From Eukaryota sp. GEM-RC1 (Eukaryota): a DNA stretch of 64,000 nt. The position numbers and the translations under genes are program-made. The stretch lies in assembly GCA_040285855.1 (NCBI GenBank), contig JAUFOQ010000005.1, positions 1,116,001 to 1,180,000 of the forward strand, in the 5' to 3' direction. Shown piece after piece: positions 1 to 15,038 of the stretch. The notes beneath the pieces are model-generated. The model had not been told where the DNA came from and made no database searches. It was given only the letters and a program-made list of their open reading frames with translations. Position 1 is the stretch's first letter. Every line of letters starts with the position of its first letter.

Positions 1-579
1 AGCAGGAGCGTCATCTACAGACTTCTTACTAGCCTCCGGTGGTTTAGAAGAAGGGGTTTTGGCAGAGTCTGAGGGAGCAGACTTCAAGTTACTGGGAGTA
101 GAGGGGGGAGGTTTAGACTGTGGTGGGGCCTCATCAGAAGAAGAAGTAAGAGGGGGGAGTTTCCAGGCCGTTTTCTTAGTTGATACATTGATAAAGAATC
201 GTCTACTGGTCTTCTGGTCCACGTGTTCTTGGTAGACTACTTCTAGGTTTTTCATACTCTCTCCTTCAGGATAATAATAGGTTTTGCCGTTCTTGGGATC
301 ATCGAACTTAGCATATCCTGGAGGAACAACAGGTTGAGATCTTGGAGTTGAGCCACCTCTGCCCCTAAGAGAACCACGTCCTCGGGCAGGAGAAGGTCTA
401 GACGATGAAGTAGGAGGAAGTTCGTCATCAGATTCTACAAAGGTATCAGGGGGTTCACGATTTAGAGTACGGGCACCTCCACGACCACGTAAAGGTGTGG
501 CTCCCCTTCCTCGGGTTGCAGGAAGAGTACGAGGAGAACCTCTAGATGCACCCCTACCAGGTAGAGTTCTAGGGGGCAT
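1..579 (-). CDS. Pro/Arg-Gly-rich protein with two WW-like motifs (runs off the window edge)
   Basis: Own translation from ATG 579: MPPRTLPGRG... then VPPGYAKFDDPKNGKTYYY and YQEHVDQKTSRRFFINVSTKKTAWKLP; open to base 1. Confidence 0.6.
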   Translation of the reverse strand, partial: MPPRTLPGRGASRGSPRTLPATRGRGATPLRGRGGARTLNREPPDTFVESDDELPPTSSSRPSPARGRGSLRGRGGSTPRSQPVVPPGYAKFDDPKNGKTYYYPEGESMKNLEVVYQEHVDQKTSRRFFINVSTKKTAWKLPPLTSSSDEAPPQSKPPPSTPSNLKSAPSDSAKTPSSKPPEASKKSVDDAPA

Positions 580-660
580 GTGTAGATAGAGCTGATTTAG
601 AAAGTATGGTCGCTCTTGTGGACACTCAAAAATTAATTCACATCATTTTCGCCAACTAAA

Positions 661-3600
661 ATGGCCGAACCTGCAGACTTTGATGCTCGTTTAGCCATCG
701 AAAGAAACTCTTATGAAGCTCAGATATCCACTCTTAAAAGCAAACTTTCTGAAATCTCTACAATGAAAAAAGCTGCTGAATCTGCTCTCGTTTCTGCTCA
801 AGATGAAGTCAGTACTTTGAGCAAGCAAAATGACTCTCTCACTAGGGCTTTTTCTGAACAAATTGAGGCCACAAACTATCAAATCAATCTACGAAGATCC
901 AAAGAACAGCAATTCATCACTCTTCAACAGAAATATCGTGACCTGCTTGACTCTCGTCATCCCCCTCTTCCTTCTACACCTACTTCTTCATCTAAGTCCT
1001 CATCTTGTTCCACTTGTGCCTCTTTGCGTGGAAAGCTCGCTGAACTTAAAGACTCTCTAAAAACTATGACAGAAAACCATGAGGGAAGAGCAAAAGTCCA
1101 AACAAGCCCTTGAAGAGAAGATCCGCATCTTGAAAGCCAGAATAGTTGATCTCCAACGCCCTGTTAAGACTTTTACTGAAGGTGGGGATGAGAAGAAGGA
1201 AGAAGAAGTTCATAAGGACGATTCTGTCCACGATATCCCTCTGAGTCATTCCTTAATGTTAGCTCAAAAAGCTAGTCAAAAGTGGTATCAGAAGTTTGTT
1301 GAATTAGGTCATAAGTATAATGAATTAGGAACAAAAGCTGAAGAGACGTTGAATACGAAAATCTTGGAGTTCGAGAAGTCTAACTCTGAGACAACTCGAA
1401 AATATGAACAGAAAATTTCAAAAATTCAATCACATTATGAGTCAACTGTTTCTTCTTTAAGAAATGAATTGTCTCAGCTAAGAAACACCTTCTCTTCTCG
1501 TGAAAATGATTATCTTTCAAAACTAGCTGAGTTTGAAAGACTCTTGGTTAAGTCTGCAAGTCAATTGAATCAATTACAGCGGGAAAAGAACAGTGCTATT
1601 CAAATAACTGAAGCTTTAGAGAACAAGGAGTGTTTAGAGTGTAATGAAGCCAATGAACAGCTTTCCAGGTTGCATCTTCAGGTAATTGATCTACAACAAG
1701 AGATTCAATCAAACGCTAATGACAATCAATCACTCTCTGATGAGCTCAATCGATCTCTACTGTCGAATGAGTCTTTAACAGTAAGAAATCAATCACTTCA
1801 AGACCGATTGAATGACGTCATGTCCACTCAGAAAGAAACGGAAGCTGAACAGTCACGTCGATTCTCATTGATGATTGAAAAGAACGACCACCAAATACGT
1901 GCAATGAGATCATATGTTGATGAATTAAAGACTAATGTTCTTGTACACCAGTGTAGAGGTAGTTTCTTAAGAAAAAGGGTTAGATGTTTAACAAAATTAC
2001 TAAGGAAACAACGACAAAAGAAGTTGTTCTCTACTGTTCATAATAGTTTAATCAAGTTGGCGGACTCTGGAAGTGAAATAGTTTCTATGAGTTTCAATAA
2101 TCTACAAAGCAATGTTGACAGAAAGTTGAACTTTATTGAAACGAAGTTAAGCAAAAACTTCAAAATTCTATCAATTTTTGAATTTGATGAACTTTTGGGA
2201 ACTTTAGGTCACCAATCCACTTTTATTCGTACTCTCAAGTCCTTCTTCCCTGGTTCTAGCCAGGATATGCTACTACAACTAGAAACTGATCCAACGAATA
2301 GCTCTGTAATAGAAGAGATCAGAACCGAATTGAATCAATCATCGGAGGAGTTAGGGTCGATCAGAAGTGATTTGATTGAAGCCATTAATCAAGTTAATTG
2401 TCTGTTTGATTTTGGTATTTTTGATGAGACTGGTCTACAAGCATTTTCGTCATCAGTTTTTAATTTGATTGATGAGAATCAACGACTTACACAACACAAT
2501 CAGTTTTTGGAATCAAAAATCCTTTCGTCAACGAGATTGTTGAAAAATCTTGATATTGAAAATTCGAAATACAAGAAAGCTTTGAAAATAGCCAGGAATG
2601 AGATTGACAAATTGAAACGTCGTCTTCGTGTTCTCGAGTTAACAGCCGAATCAAAAAATTCTAAAAATAGAGGTGAGTTTTCAGATGTACCTCAGAAGTT
2701 CAATTTAATACGTGATACTTTCCACAATGAAGTTTCCAATCAGAATAACGTGATTTCTGAACTGGAGTCAAAAATCGAGTTTCTGGTCAATTCTGTTGAA
2801 ACTCTGGAATCAGAAAAACAGTTGCTGGCAGAGTCTTCTGATCATCACGTAGTTGAGCTCAATCACTCAATTGATTGCTTGAATTCTACAATTTCCGAAT
2901 TGAGTCAAAACAATCATGACCTTCATGTTGATGCCCATTATTTGCACGATCTACTTTCCCAAAAGGATGAAGAAGTTAACAAACTTGAAATAATGATTGC
3001 TACTTCCAATAACGGTACACTTCTTCTAAATCAGTATGTCGAAGAGCTCAAAAATCAAATCAATCACTTACAAAACGTTAATCATGATTTCAATTGTGAA
3101 GCACATTTCCTCCATGACGTTTTATCTCAGAAGTCTGAAGAAGTCAATCGGCAAGAATCAGTCCTGATCTCATTGTCTGAAGAAAACTCTAATCTTGTAC
3201 AATCAGTTTCCGACCTGCAATCAGATTTGATTGGATCTAATCAACGAGTTGAAGAATTAGTTGATTGTCTACGAACAACTGAGCAGAATTCTCTGCAAAT
3301 GGACGAGGAGATCAAAGAAGTTGAGCAGGTATTCTCAAGACAATTCCAAAGTCTTGACAATCAATTACAAATGAGCCAACTCGATTTCTACTCTGAAAAG
3401 GTTGAAATATTTAATAATTTCCATGTTTTGTATCAAGATTTTCTTTCTTCCTCTGATCTCAACTCTCTTCTATGCTCTCACTTACTCTCTCTTCACGATT
3501 CTGACGTTGTTCCGAGAGTTCAAAGGGCTGAGATGGACGAGAACTTCCATAAGATGGTTGAGCTAAGAGGCCAAAGTGAGGAGTTGATTGTAAAGGTAAG

Positions 3601-4963
3601 AGAGTTGGAGATGGAAAACAGTGAACAAGTGGGTCAGTTGGAAGTTGCCAGGGCTGAGATTGTGGATCTTGAAGCACAGAATTCTCAATTGTCTGTAGAA
3701 GTATCTAGAATGTCGGAAGAAATTTCAAGACTTTCTGAAGAAGTTAGTCACCTTCGTGAACAATTATCTCAGTCTGCGCAATCAGATTTGATTCCCCTCG
3801 ATGATTTTGATATGCTGATGACAGAAAACGATCTGTTGCTCGGTCAATTGGACGATTTGATTTTAACTGTGGCAATTTCTGAGAAAAACTCCATGGGAAA
3901 TGTAGATTTTGACTGTGACTCTATTGGAGTCATTCAAAATCAAAATAATGATACCGAAACTGAAGTCATTAGGTCAGAATTTGAGAAATTATCACGTCAA
4001 CTGTCTGAGCTCTATCAAATCGAGGAAATGTTCACTGTGCCGTCATCTCTATCTGATCTTGTTGCTCTCAATGAGTCCCTGTCGATGAATTTACATGATT
4101 CTTATTCAACATTTAATAATTTTAAAATTATTTTAAATAATTGGTTCCATCATTTCTCCTTTATTCCGAGTTCCTTGATAGATTTCTTTGAGCAAGTGTA
4201 TATGGTTTGTCACGAATTAACGACTATTCATGAGGAATTTGTCTCAAGTCAAGTAAACGTGATTGATTTATCGCATCCTGATCTTCTCTTGCCTGATTCG
4301 ATGCAATCACCAGCTGAAGTTGCCGCCATCAATTCTAAATTGTCGAGAATTTTGAAGAAGAGCTCAGAATATGACATACATATTCGTAGAGTTGACGAAC
4401 AGATTTCTCATTTAAAACAAGACTTTACTGATGCTTGTACTTCACTTTTAGAAATTCAAGCGAAATCAGAATACTTTGAATCTGTTCTAATGGACTTTCA
4501 TGACCAAGAACCTGTGTTTTCTCTATTACTTTCAGAGTTGGAAACAAAAGAACAAGATCTTCTTTCTAAACATGAGAAACTATCTACTTTGGAAGCTCAG
4601 CTATTATCGTGGCAACTTCACACTAATGATAAACTTGACGATACCACCAACCAGCTACTATCTAGCGAATCTCTGCGGAAACAAATCGACGATTTGAACT
4701 ACATTTCTCCATCTACTGATGCGATTAACACTGCTGTTGGACTAATATCTTTGCTGAGGAAAACTGTTTCAAAGATGTCGGATCGTAGTGAAGAATTGCT
4801 TTACTTGAGGAACGCTCTCTATGATTGTGATTCTCAATCAGAAGGTCAACGTACTGTCGTTATTAGTAAGATTTTAGATGAAGTGGTGGCAGTTAAGAAT
4901 GAAATTAGAAAGTGGAGGAAGAAATTAAAATCTGGAAAGAAGGAATCTCGTGATTCACTGTAA
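661..4963 (+). CDS. Large coiled-coil protein (ORFs 661-1113 and 1079-4963 joined)
   Basis: Heptad-rich E/L/S/Q sequence throughout; removing one G in GAGGGAAG (~1083) fuses the two ORFs. Confidence 0.7.
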
Positions 4964-5253
4964 TCAAATTTTTGTATAATATTTAAATTATTTTTTGTAA
5001 CATGTTGGGATGTATTCGTTTTTTCCCGTACAGAATACCCCAAAACGGACTCTATTTTTATATTGTTTGAAATTGTTGACAACTAATGGATTGATACAGA
5101 ATAAATTAATCTTTTGTATGTGAATCACAAAAGTATGAAAATCTGTCAGAGAGTCATGCAGAACTGAAATCCGGTTCATTAAGGGTACAAAAAAAACACT
5201 TGCAACACCGTCAACAGAAAGGGTGCAAGAGAAAGCAAAAAAGAGAACGATAA

Positions 5254-5708
5254 TTACTTAGCTTTGGTTCTGGAAGCATGTAGCTTCTGTTTCACAAAGT
5301 GAAGTGCCGTGTACCCGACGCTAACGAGGAGCGAAGGTGTTACACAAGCCCAGAAACAGAACCAAAGAACAGAAGTTGAAACTCGTCTTGGAAAGTACGC
5401 GAGGATGATAATAATAGCAGATAAATGACTAAAAAGAGCTACACTTAGTAAAAGAAACAAGACAAACAATAAAACGAAGGACCAACAGAGCTAAAGGTAA
5501 GCCCTAAAATGAAGAGTGCTAGTTCTAGCGAAAGAGCGACTAGCGAAAACCAGAACCACAATGTGAAAGTACGGTTTACTTTAGCCACGAGGTTTTCTGA
5601 GCGATTTGGGTTGAGAGAGAAAGAGACTACATCTTCTCTATAGCTATAAACTGCTAATAACAAACACAAGTGAGTAATCAGAGACAGAAAGCGGGGTCCT
5701 GGTATCAT
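5254..5708 (-). CDS. TMEM107: Transmembrane protein 107 (ciliary transition zone), two exons: 5708-5468 and 5438-5254
   Basis: IPGPRFLSLITHL N-terminus and 4 TM segments; removing a 29-nt GT-AG intron gives 142 codons in frame (YSLFSHLSA...WFCFWACVTP). Confidence 0.75.
5439..5467 (-). other. 29-nt spliceosomal intron
   Basis: GTTTGTCTTGTTTCTTTTACTAAGTGTAG; removal restores the TMEM107 frame. Confidence 0.8.
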
Positions 5709-5852
5709 AATGTTGAGAGGAAGAAAGAATAGTATACACTTATATGCTTTTATGACTATGCAAAGAACGTTCATTGCCAGTACATATTGTCGGTTATGTT
5801 AGTCCTACCATTCATCCTAAGATCAACTGAATTAGGACCCAAAATCAAAAAT

Positions 5853-5933
5853 CGCTAGCAGCAGGGTTCGAACCTGCGTGGGCAACGCCCATTTGATTTC
5901 GAATCAAACGCCTTACCACTCGGCCATACTAGC
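5853..5933 (-). tRNA. tRNA-Ser(CGA)
   Basis: GCTAGTA acceptor stem, TGGCCGAGTGGTAAGGCG D-arm, TTTGA-TTCGAAA-TCAAA anticodon arm, long variable arm, GGTTCGAACC T-loop. Confidence 0.93.
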
Positions 5934-6653
5934 ATCATTGTCATTGTGCCATAGACATATATTCATGGCCACCTACTTCAACAAATATTTTGCCATTGTG
6001 ATTTCCCAGTAAAAGCGCACTCCGGCAGCCAGTTATTTGTATCAACAGATTAACACAGACTTTGCCTGAAGACCAATGAATGCTGAGACGTCTAGAGTTC
6101 AGAATCGAGTGTGTTTCATTCTAGAATTTGGTCCTCAACTTTAAATCTATTTTTGTAGTTGCATAAAGGATTAGAATCACTAAATACTTTTGAACCAACG
6201 AGTCCGATATTTCTAAATATTGAAATTGTAAATGGAACAGAATTAAGCCTAGAATGTAAATTGTTTAGTGATAAATAACGGGGTTTATGATCAATCAGTG
6301 AAATACATGCATTTGCAGAAGTTAATAACTAACAGACACTAACTAAAGCATCTAAACTATGATCCTTCTGTCCATAGCCGAACAACTTACCTTTTAGTAA
6401 TATGTAACAGTGTTGGAGAATAGGGTTAAAACGTTTTCAATTAAACCTTTGGGAATTGGAGTTCATTGAAACACACACAGATACAAGTCAATAATCTCAA
6501 ATAATGTTTAGACTACCCGACGGGAATGTTCTAAATATCACGAACTACGATCGATTCGAAAAAAGAAAATGAGAGTATTCCCATTTTAATTCAATGAAAA
6601 AAAATGACAAAAAAATTGAATTCTAAAATTTTCTATAACTACACATCAACAAT

Positions 6654-7457
<804 letters not shown>

Positions 7458-7957
7458 TTAATAGTGTTTATATATTTGTTGTTTTCTTATTATGTGTTTT
7501 TCTCCGCACATAAATCCGTTTTTTTTCAATGCAATAGATTACGATGTAGTTGAACAGATAACGTGTAGTATCTTACATAAATTGAGCAAAGATTGTAAGT
7601 TATCTTTTTTTGTTTCAGATCTCATGCGCATGAATTTGACCTAAATCAACTGTAGACAATTATATAGTCATGCTTCAGTGTGTTCAATCATTCAGGACCT
7701 TGGAAATAGAAGAATAGCGCTGTACTGAAGTCCTCTTTTTCGTAGCACTGTCTAATTGAATTTATGTTCAGAACAACACACATCAAAAACATTGATGAGT
7801 TAGAAGGTTGGTATTGGAATGTGTACGGACAAGAGACCTTTTCATGTTTAGAGAACACTAATTGCTGTTCTGAAACTAAAAGTAGACACATCCAACAGAC
7901 GACAACCAAGTCAAAAGGACTTGTATCGACTTGAATGACCAATAGTGGGTTCAAGCC

Positions 7958-9270
7958 ATGAAAATGACAGTTTCCAACAATCATCAACGATTGTCCCTAT
8001 CACTATCAATGCTTCTATTCAAGTTTCTCTTCAAACAATGTTTCTCTACTAACAAGACCTTCATTTTCCCAGTGCATTTGGTCTTGCTCCTTGCTGGATC
8101 AGGAGGTATCGTCGCCGCCTATTATGCCTTCACTAATGTGGACACAAAGTTCTTGAACTTTATGATGTTTTGGGGGTTGTCCCTCCTCTATTTCCTTATT
8201 ATCTATGGAAGGAAGAAGATCATAGAAATGTTCCGCAATATGGCGGCATCTCTAAGAGTGCTTGCTATTTTATCATTCTGTGTGGTGTATATCGCTTTAT
8301 CTCCCTACTATATCATTCTTCTCTTCCATTTCATTGGCTACATTTTGTCGTTTCCGGTTTCTCTCGTTGTTCGTGAACGTGAAATATTTTTTGGGTCTCC
8401 CAGATGTTTGGAAGTTCCAAATCGATTCTGTGGCATCTACGAACACGTTGCATGGGAAAGTCTCTCCCCATGGAATATCATCCAAACCATCTTCCTTTTC
8501 ATGAGCTTCATACAGTTTCTTCCACCATTTCTTGTAATCTGTGGTATGGTCATGTTCCATATATTCGTCACTCCATTCACTTATTATTCCAAGGTGGTTT
8601 CAGAAACATCGACAGATACATTTGAAGAAAGTCCTGTTGCTTTTTGTTTGTTACCATTTTCTATTTTGTGGAAAAACGACAAATATGCACACCGTTTTAT
8701 TTGTGGTTTACAAACCTTTGGTCTGTTCATGTTAGCTCTTCCAATTTGGGAGGTACTGAGGATCGTCATGGTATTACCATAGCCATGACCGCTTTGGTTC
8801 TCATGAATAGTATCAGGTTTCGTTTGTTGTATAAACTAGAAGAAAAAGATGAAGAGGAACTCCAAAAGACTAATTCTCCTTGGAAACGGTTCACTTGGAT
8901 CCAGTACCTATTGATTACCTATTTGTTTGGTGGGTTTATGTTATCCGAGTACTTTGGAAGAGGAATTGGATTGATGGGCCGTAAGTATTTCGATGATTGC
9001 ATTTTTGACCGGCTTTGTGACACAGATGTTGCTCCTTATTCCATCGTTACGAACTTACTGGGATTTGTGGTAGCTCTTGGATTCATTGTTGCATTAGCTC
9101 TTGCAGTGTTTTTGCTTCTTCGAATCTATTCCAGTTTTGCCGAATGTCACAAACAGTACAAGGAATTTAAGATGGAAGAAGAATCTCCTGAACTGAAAAC
9201 CAACGAATTGCTTAGCGTATCCAGCGGTCCCTTGCATATCCCATCCAGTAATGTGAAGCAAGAAGTCTGA
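7958..9270 (+). CDS. Multi-pass membrane protein of unknown function (two ORFs joined near 8748)
   Basis: Numerous hydrophobic segments in both ORFs; one extra G in TTTGGGAGG joins them. Confidence 0.55.
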
Positions 9271-9676
9271 CAAGAAACACTCGTATTTTATTTTGCTTTA
9301 TTTTACTTGTATATTAGTTTATAGATGAAGAGGACAAAGATAAAACCTATGAAACACCAGACTGGACATCGAAAATTCCTGATCAACACCACCACAGATA
9401 TATATTTTGTAATACATTTCGGGTTTGTTTGTTCGCAATTTGGCTGAAACTTTTAAGTTTGGTTGTCAATCTCTAACTTACATGTAAAAATTTGGAAAAG
9501 AGTTGTACGAATTTGGTTCTGTTTAATCGCCGCCCCGTTTTATTTTCGATTACGATAAAGGTGTCGAATCTAAATGTCATAGTTTAACGCAATGTCTAGA
9601 TATAGCTATCATGTACAGTAGGTTGCTACGTTTGCTTATTGCATCTTTAAGTTCACCAATTTTTACAATCCCAAAT

Positions 9677-11265
9677 ATGGATCCAATCAACATAGAACTT
9701 CTTAGATCGGATCCTTCCTTTTCTTCTTCAGCACGACGTAAACTAAATGAGTACTTTGTTGTGTGGATATGTCTTCCCAATACTCAAAAACTTTTATCAG
9801 AGATTGTACAGGCGGTAAAGGAGGGTAAGCCTCTCCCTGCTCGACTTCCTGCGTCTCCTGTAGTTCGATCTCCAAAGGCACATTCTTCTCCACCTCGATC
9901 TCCAACATCGACTGCTTTCTTCAAAACAGAGTCTCCACCAGCCCTTTCTCCCCTTGGTTCTCCCATTCGCAAAGTACATGCACCACCTGAACCTTTTCAA
10001 CCGATACCAACAACCCCTCCTTCAAAGTTACCAGAGCTTATTATACCTATCCCAGGAAGAATCACTTCTGACTCAGAGAAGGAGCTAGTTTTGCTCACAT
10101 CCTTCTTTCCTTCCACTCAGACTCTCTCTAGTATATCCCAACAATGGATTGAATTAGTTCGTCAACTAGAACTTCCAACTTTCTTTTCACACTACCTAGC
10201 CTACAGAATATCAACTCCCTCATCTCAACGGCCACCTTTTTTTGATGACGTCAATTTTGACCCATCTGACATTACAATCAACCAACAAGATTTTTCAAAT
10301 TTTTGGAAATCCAGACTAGTGGAACGTCAACCTGCTGACAAAATGTTCAACACTCTTGCTTTCACACCTGATTCTGGTTCTCTCATCCTCGACGACCTCC
10401 TACCCCTCCTCCAGTTCTACGTCCACACCCACTCCGGCCTATCCTTCCTTAAGGAGACTCCTGAGTTCCAAGGTTCATATGCTGAGACTGTGGCTCTTAG
10501 GATTATGTACATGGCTGATCCGACTGTGACGGGATTTGTGTCACGTTTGGGATGGAGGAAGTCGAAGATTGCTGATGCTATGATTGATGTTGATGGTCTG
10601 GCTGACGTGAATTTAGAGCTTAGTTTCTTTTCTTATGAGCACTTTTATGTATTATATTGTAAATTTTGGGAGTTGGACATTAATCATAATAAGTTGCTGG
10701 ACCGAGAAGCTCTGTTGAAGTACGGTAATTTCGCTTTAAGTTCTAGAGCAATTGATCGAATTCTTCAAGAAGCACCACGGAAACTATCATCAAAAGTACC
10801 AGAGACATTGAGTTTCCATGATTTCGTACCGTTTTGCTTGTCAGAAGAAGATAAAAACACGGAACCGGCTCTTATTTATTGGACACGTGTATGTGACCTT
10901 GATGGTGACGGAATACTTTCCCTTTTGAAGTGGAATTCTTCTACGAGGAACAGTTACAACGAATTATTAACACTGGACAAGAATCAGTCACGTTTGAAGA
11001 TCTCATTTGCCAGGTATTCGATATTATGAAGCCTAAGTGTATGTATCAACTGACGTTGGCAGATTTAAAGAAATCTCCGTGTGGTGGAGCAATTTTTAAT
11101 TATTTGCTTAATATTCATAAGTTCTTCTTTTACGAACAACGGGATCCTTTTGAAGTTATTGATCCTGACGCTTCAGAAAAGACTGACTGGGCTAGGTTTG
11201 CAAAGATGGAATATGAGAAGTTAGCTTCGGATACTGATGAAGTTAACGAATGGGGGATGTTCTAG
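9677..11265 (+). CDS. PP2A regulatory subunit B'' (PR72 family, EF-hand)
   Basis: HSGLSFLKETPEFQ, FFSYEHFYVLYCKFWELD, LSEEDK, DLDGDGILS, EFFYEEQ; 1-nt indel at T-run ~10923-10926. Confidence 0.9.
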
Positions 11266-11969
11266 GAGTTTTGTATTATTATGTTATTCAAACAAATTGA
11301 ATAAATCTTTCACTATTACATTGAGCATGTTACAAGTACTTCTTGGTAGGTGTTTGTACATTGATAGTTTCTTGTAGATGAGATGCAGGTCGGTTGTCCT
11401 AAATAATGATTACGATGTTTGATGATTTTCGAGAGTTGAAGTTCTGTTATTCTAAGTATTTTTGTGATTCTTTTTCATTGTTTGTTTTTTGTAGTAATTC
11501 TATTCGGTAACTAAGTGATGACCTTCCCACTACGATACGAGTTTAGAGATGTTGCAGACCACGTTTGGCAAGAGTTGAAGTAGTGAGTAACCTTCAGAAC
11601 TACCACAACAACGGACAACAAGGTCATGTCGCATAGTTAGGGATGTAAGTGAGCGGAAGAAAACTACAAATGAACACGCAACCAAACGCGAAAACACTAT
11701 TTATGACACACAAAGTAGCATCAAACTGAACTCTTACAACAACAAGCATTACCAGAACGTACTTAGAGAGCTATCAGAAGAGTAAAGGCTCGAAAACAGG
11801 AAAGGCGATGAAAACGATCTAAACTAGCTCTACAGTAGTAGTTGATAACCAGTTATTGGAAGAAAAGTTGAGGTCAAAAGTGTCTGGTCTAAGTCACAGC
11901 TTTGAAATTTCGATTGCAGTAACTAAAAATATACATGTACAGTAACCTTCTTACAAGTTACAACATCGT

Positions 11970-13127
11970 ATGAGCTTCTATGCCTTTCTTAACGAACATC
12001 ACCAAACAACAGAACATGACTCTAGTCAAATCGGCCAGGACTTCTTTTATTCACTTCTTAACGATCTCTGTACCCGGAACGACCTGAACTCACATAGTCT
12101 GTTTAGTCGAGAGAAGAAGTTCATCAGTGATTGCACGACACATGGATTACCAACTAGTCCAAAAATCGAGTCTCAATTTCTCAATAATCTACTGGTATGT
12201 ACTGTTTTGTCAGACTTTGATGTTCAAGTTGTCATGCTTCCTCTGCTGCTGAGGCACTCCTTGAAGATTCACAGACTGTTGCAATGTGGCTTTAATATCA
12301 TTGCAGCAAACTTTGAGCAATGTTCTCTTGGTCTCTGCTGGAAATCTACTTATCAAATCATGGAGGGAATTTCCAACTCAAATATTGACAACATTCGTAT
12401 CTTTCTTCCGATTCTACTGAAGTTTGGAACTTTGGTTACTGGAACCGAGTCAATCTATCTGCCAATTCTTAAGCTTTCGGCTGCGTTTAGTCAATCAAAA
12501 CTGACTATACACTCAAATTCTGGTGGCATCACAAGAACAATCAACCGAACACAATCCCGGTTTTTCAGTTTGGTCTTTCGGATCGCTGCTGAATCCCAAC
12601 TGAGAGTAAATGAAGTTATTGTCACCAGTGATGTACGTTTACACGAGACTGAAAATTCTTACTTATCTTTCTCAAATTGGGTCTCTTCTTTTACTGTCCG
12701 TGATTGGTTACATAAGTTGTTCAAATCACGTGATAGGGTATCAAGAATGATACTTGTAACATAACACACACTAAATAAATGTATATAACACTATATAGGA
12801 GATTTGATTGGTCTTGGTTTTTCCCAAGAAATAATTATCGACTTTACTATGGTTGGTCCTTGTAACTCAACTTCCGTTATCGAAATTTTTGACGAAAATT
12901 ATTCAGCTTTTGAATTTGCTGAAAGGAAACAGTTTGATCGGTATGGTGAATTAATTACCAAGTCTATTCGTTCATTTTCCATCATTTTGCTATTTGTCTT
13001 TACGGAACGTTTGGCTTTCTCGGACACAAATTTCTCTCATCTTTTGGAAAATTTTGTAAGCAGTATGGAAAGGTCTTTTGTAATAAAGTTCTTGGAGAGG
13101 AAAGTTGTTACTGGTGACTCTATTTAG
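11970..13127 (+). pseudogene. Degenerate or fragmented hypothetical gene, probably continuing beyond the MITE to ~13956
   Basis: Two collinear ORFs; removing the 13139-13778 MITE plus one TSD gives an open frame (LFRALIRYFDLVLNHLFEF...). Confidence 0.4.
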
Positions 13128-13138
13128 AGCATTGATTA

Positions 13139-13778
13139 TAAGGCTGTTAAAACATGTCAGGTCACAGGTCAGGTCAAAGTCTTGATCCTATCTTGACCTG
13201 ACCTTTGACCTGTTGCTTGATGTCTTGACCTGACCTTTGACCCGAGGGAAGGTATCTTGACCTGACCTGTTGCTTGATGTCTTGACCTGACCTTTGACCC
13301 GATGGGAGAACTGTTGTGTTTATAGTTGCTGTTCAGTTGTTTGTTATGTTGAACTCCAAAAAAGTAAAATAATTGCTTAATAAATCGTTAAATTCAAAAC
13401 CCCATTTTAACCATGCATTCAGACAGACAAGAGCTTGAGCATCGTCAACTTGTAAACCGTGTCATTCTCACCACTGGAAGATTGTATAATCCACAAATGC
13501 CAGAATATTTAGCTAGTGTAGAACATTATGATACATAATAATAGATCTGTGATGTCAGTCCATCATGATTTTCAACTAGAGTACATACATTGAGCAGAGA
13601 AGACCGAATCCGAGCTATTTTGACCTGACCTTTGACCCGATGGCATGGCTCTTGACCTGACCCGAGACCTGATATGAGGTATCGTGGATCTTTGACCCGA
13701 TGGAAGGTATCTTGATCTGACCTGAGACACGACCTGACCCGAGTTCCGATGATCTTATCTTAACTATTTAACATCTTA
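13139..13778. mobile_element. hAT-type non-autonomous element (MITE), 640 bp
   Basis: Exact 8-bp TSD ATTGATTA (13131-13138, 13779-13786); imperfect TIR TAAGGCTGTTAAA / TTTAACATCTTA; many subterminal TGACCTGACC motifs at both ends. Confidence 0.85.
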
Positions 13779-14168
13779 ATTGATTAGGTATTTTGATTTG
13801 GTTTTAAACCATCTCTTTGAATTCCGATACCTGGGAATTATCCCGAAGTTGTATAAGAATTGTAGTACTGTGAACCAGGAATTGTCTGGTGCCTGCTGTT
13901 TCATTGCTCTTATTTTGACTGGAAATGAATGTTGCTTTAGTGACATTGAATTCTAGTATTTGTTCACTGTTTCTGTTTCATAAAATTCAAAGGTTTGTTT
14001 GGATGTTTAATTTTGTCCTGCCCAGCTATAAACATTTGTTTTAATTCTATATGTATATAGTAATTGACAATTTCGCAAGTACATGTACTACATGTAGTAT
14101 GTAAAATTGTGGAATTGACAACTAGAAAACTATTTTTGTTTATAGAACAAAAACACTGAGATAAACAC

Positions 14169-14483
14169 CAGTGAACGCTAACACGTTCAAAAATCGAATC
14201 TAACACGTGTTAACATGCATATTACGTGTTAGAACGTGTTACTTGTTTGCGATGCAAGAATTTTTCCTGGTTTCTGGTTCAACGATAAATAGCTCGTTTT
14301 TTCTACACATTCGCCCCTACGATGCTCTACATCACTGTAGGAAACTTCTAAAACGGAGTCTTTCATTTTTTTAGTAGCAAAATGCATTTTCACATCCTTC
14401 AGATCGAAAATAGTAACCGCTATTTACGTGTTAGAAATCAGCCAAAATTCCTAACACCTGTTAACACGTGTTAGCGTTCGCTG
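14169..14483. mobile_element. hAT-type MITE, 315 bp
   Basis: TIR CAGTGAACGCTAACACG / CGTGTTAGCGTTCGCTG; 8-bp TSD ATAAACAC/GTAAACAC; subterminal AACACGTGTT motifs. Confidence 0.85.
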
Positions 14484-14913
14484 GTAAACACAACTAGAAG
14501 GACTATCAAAAATTTATTGCATTTTTGCAATAATTGCGAAATTGAGGACTGGAGTATTGACCAGTTTCTTAAAAGGAATCCACCACGACCAGACACATTT
14601 TATTGTAAAGGACTTCAATAAACAATGGAATTGATCCTTTACAGAGTAATATAACTGTAAGAGAAATAGAACCGTTTGGATGGTGTGACAAATTGGTCAG
14701 ACTAGTGCTGTTCCATGTAGAATTTTGTTCAGTAACAAAATAGCAATTTTTGCACCTGTAAGTGGGTACAAATGTCAATATCAAGAATCCTTATGTCCTC
14801 AAGTCCTTTACTTATTCAATGTTTAAGGTCATTCGATACTGCTTCATTCAGAAGAGTAAATAAATGGCCATTTTTATTGTATCAGTACATTTCAGTATAT
14901 CTCATAGTCTTCT

Positions 14914-14969
14914 ACAAATGTTGTTGTTACAAATGTTGTATTACCAAATGTTGTTGTTGCAAATGTTGA
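14914..14969. repeat. Short degenerate tandem repeat (CAAATGTTG core x4)
   Basis: acaaatgttgttgtt / acaaatgttgtatta / ccaaatgttgttgtt / gcaaatgttg. Confidence 0.7.
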
Positions 14970-15038
14970 ATACACTTAATAGAATCAATAACATATGAAG
15001 AAGATGTCATAATGTCAAGATGTCACTGTAGACAACAT

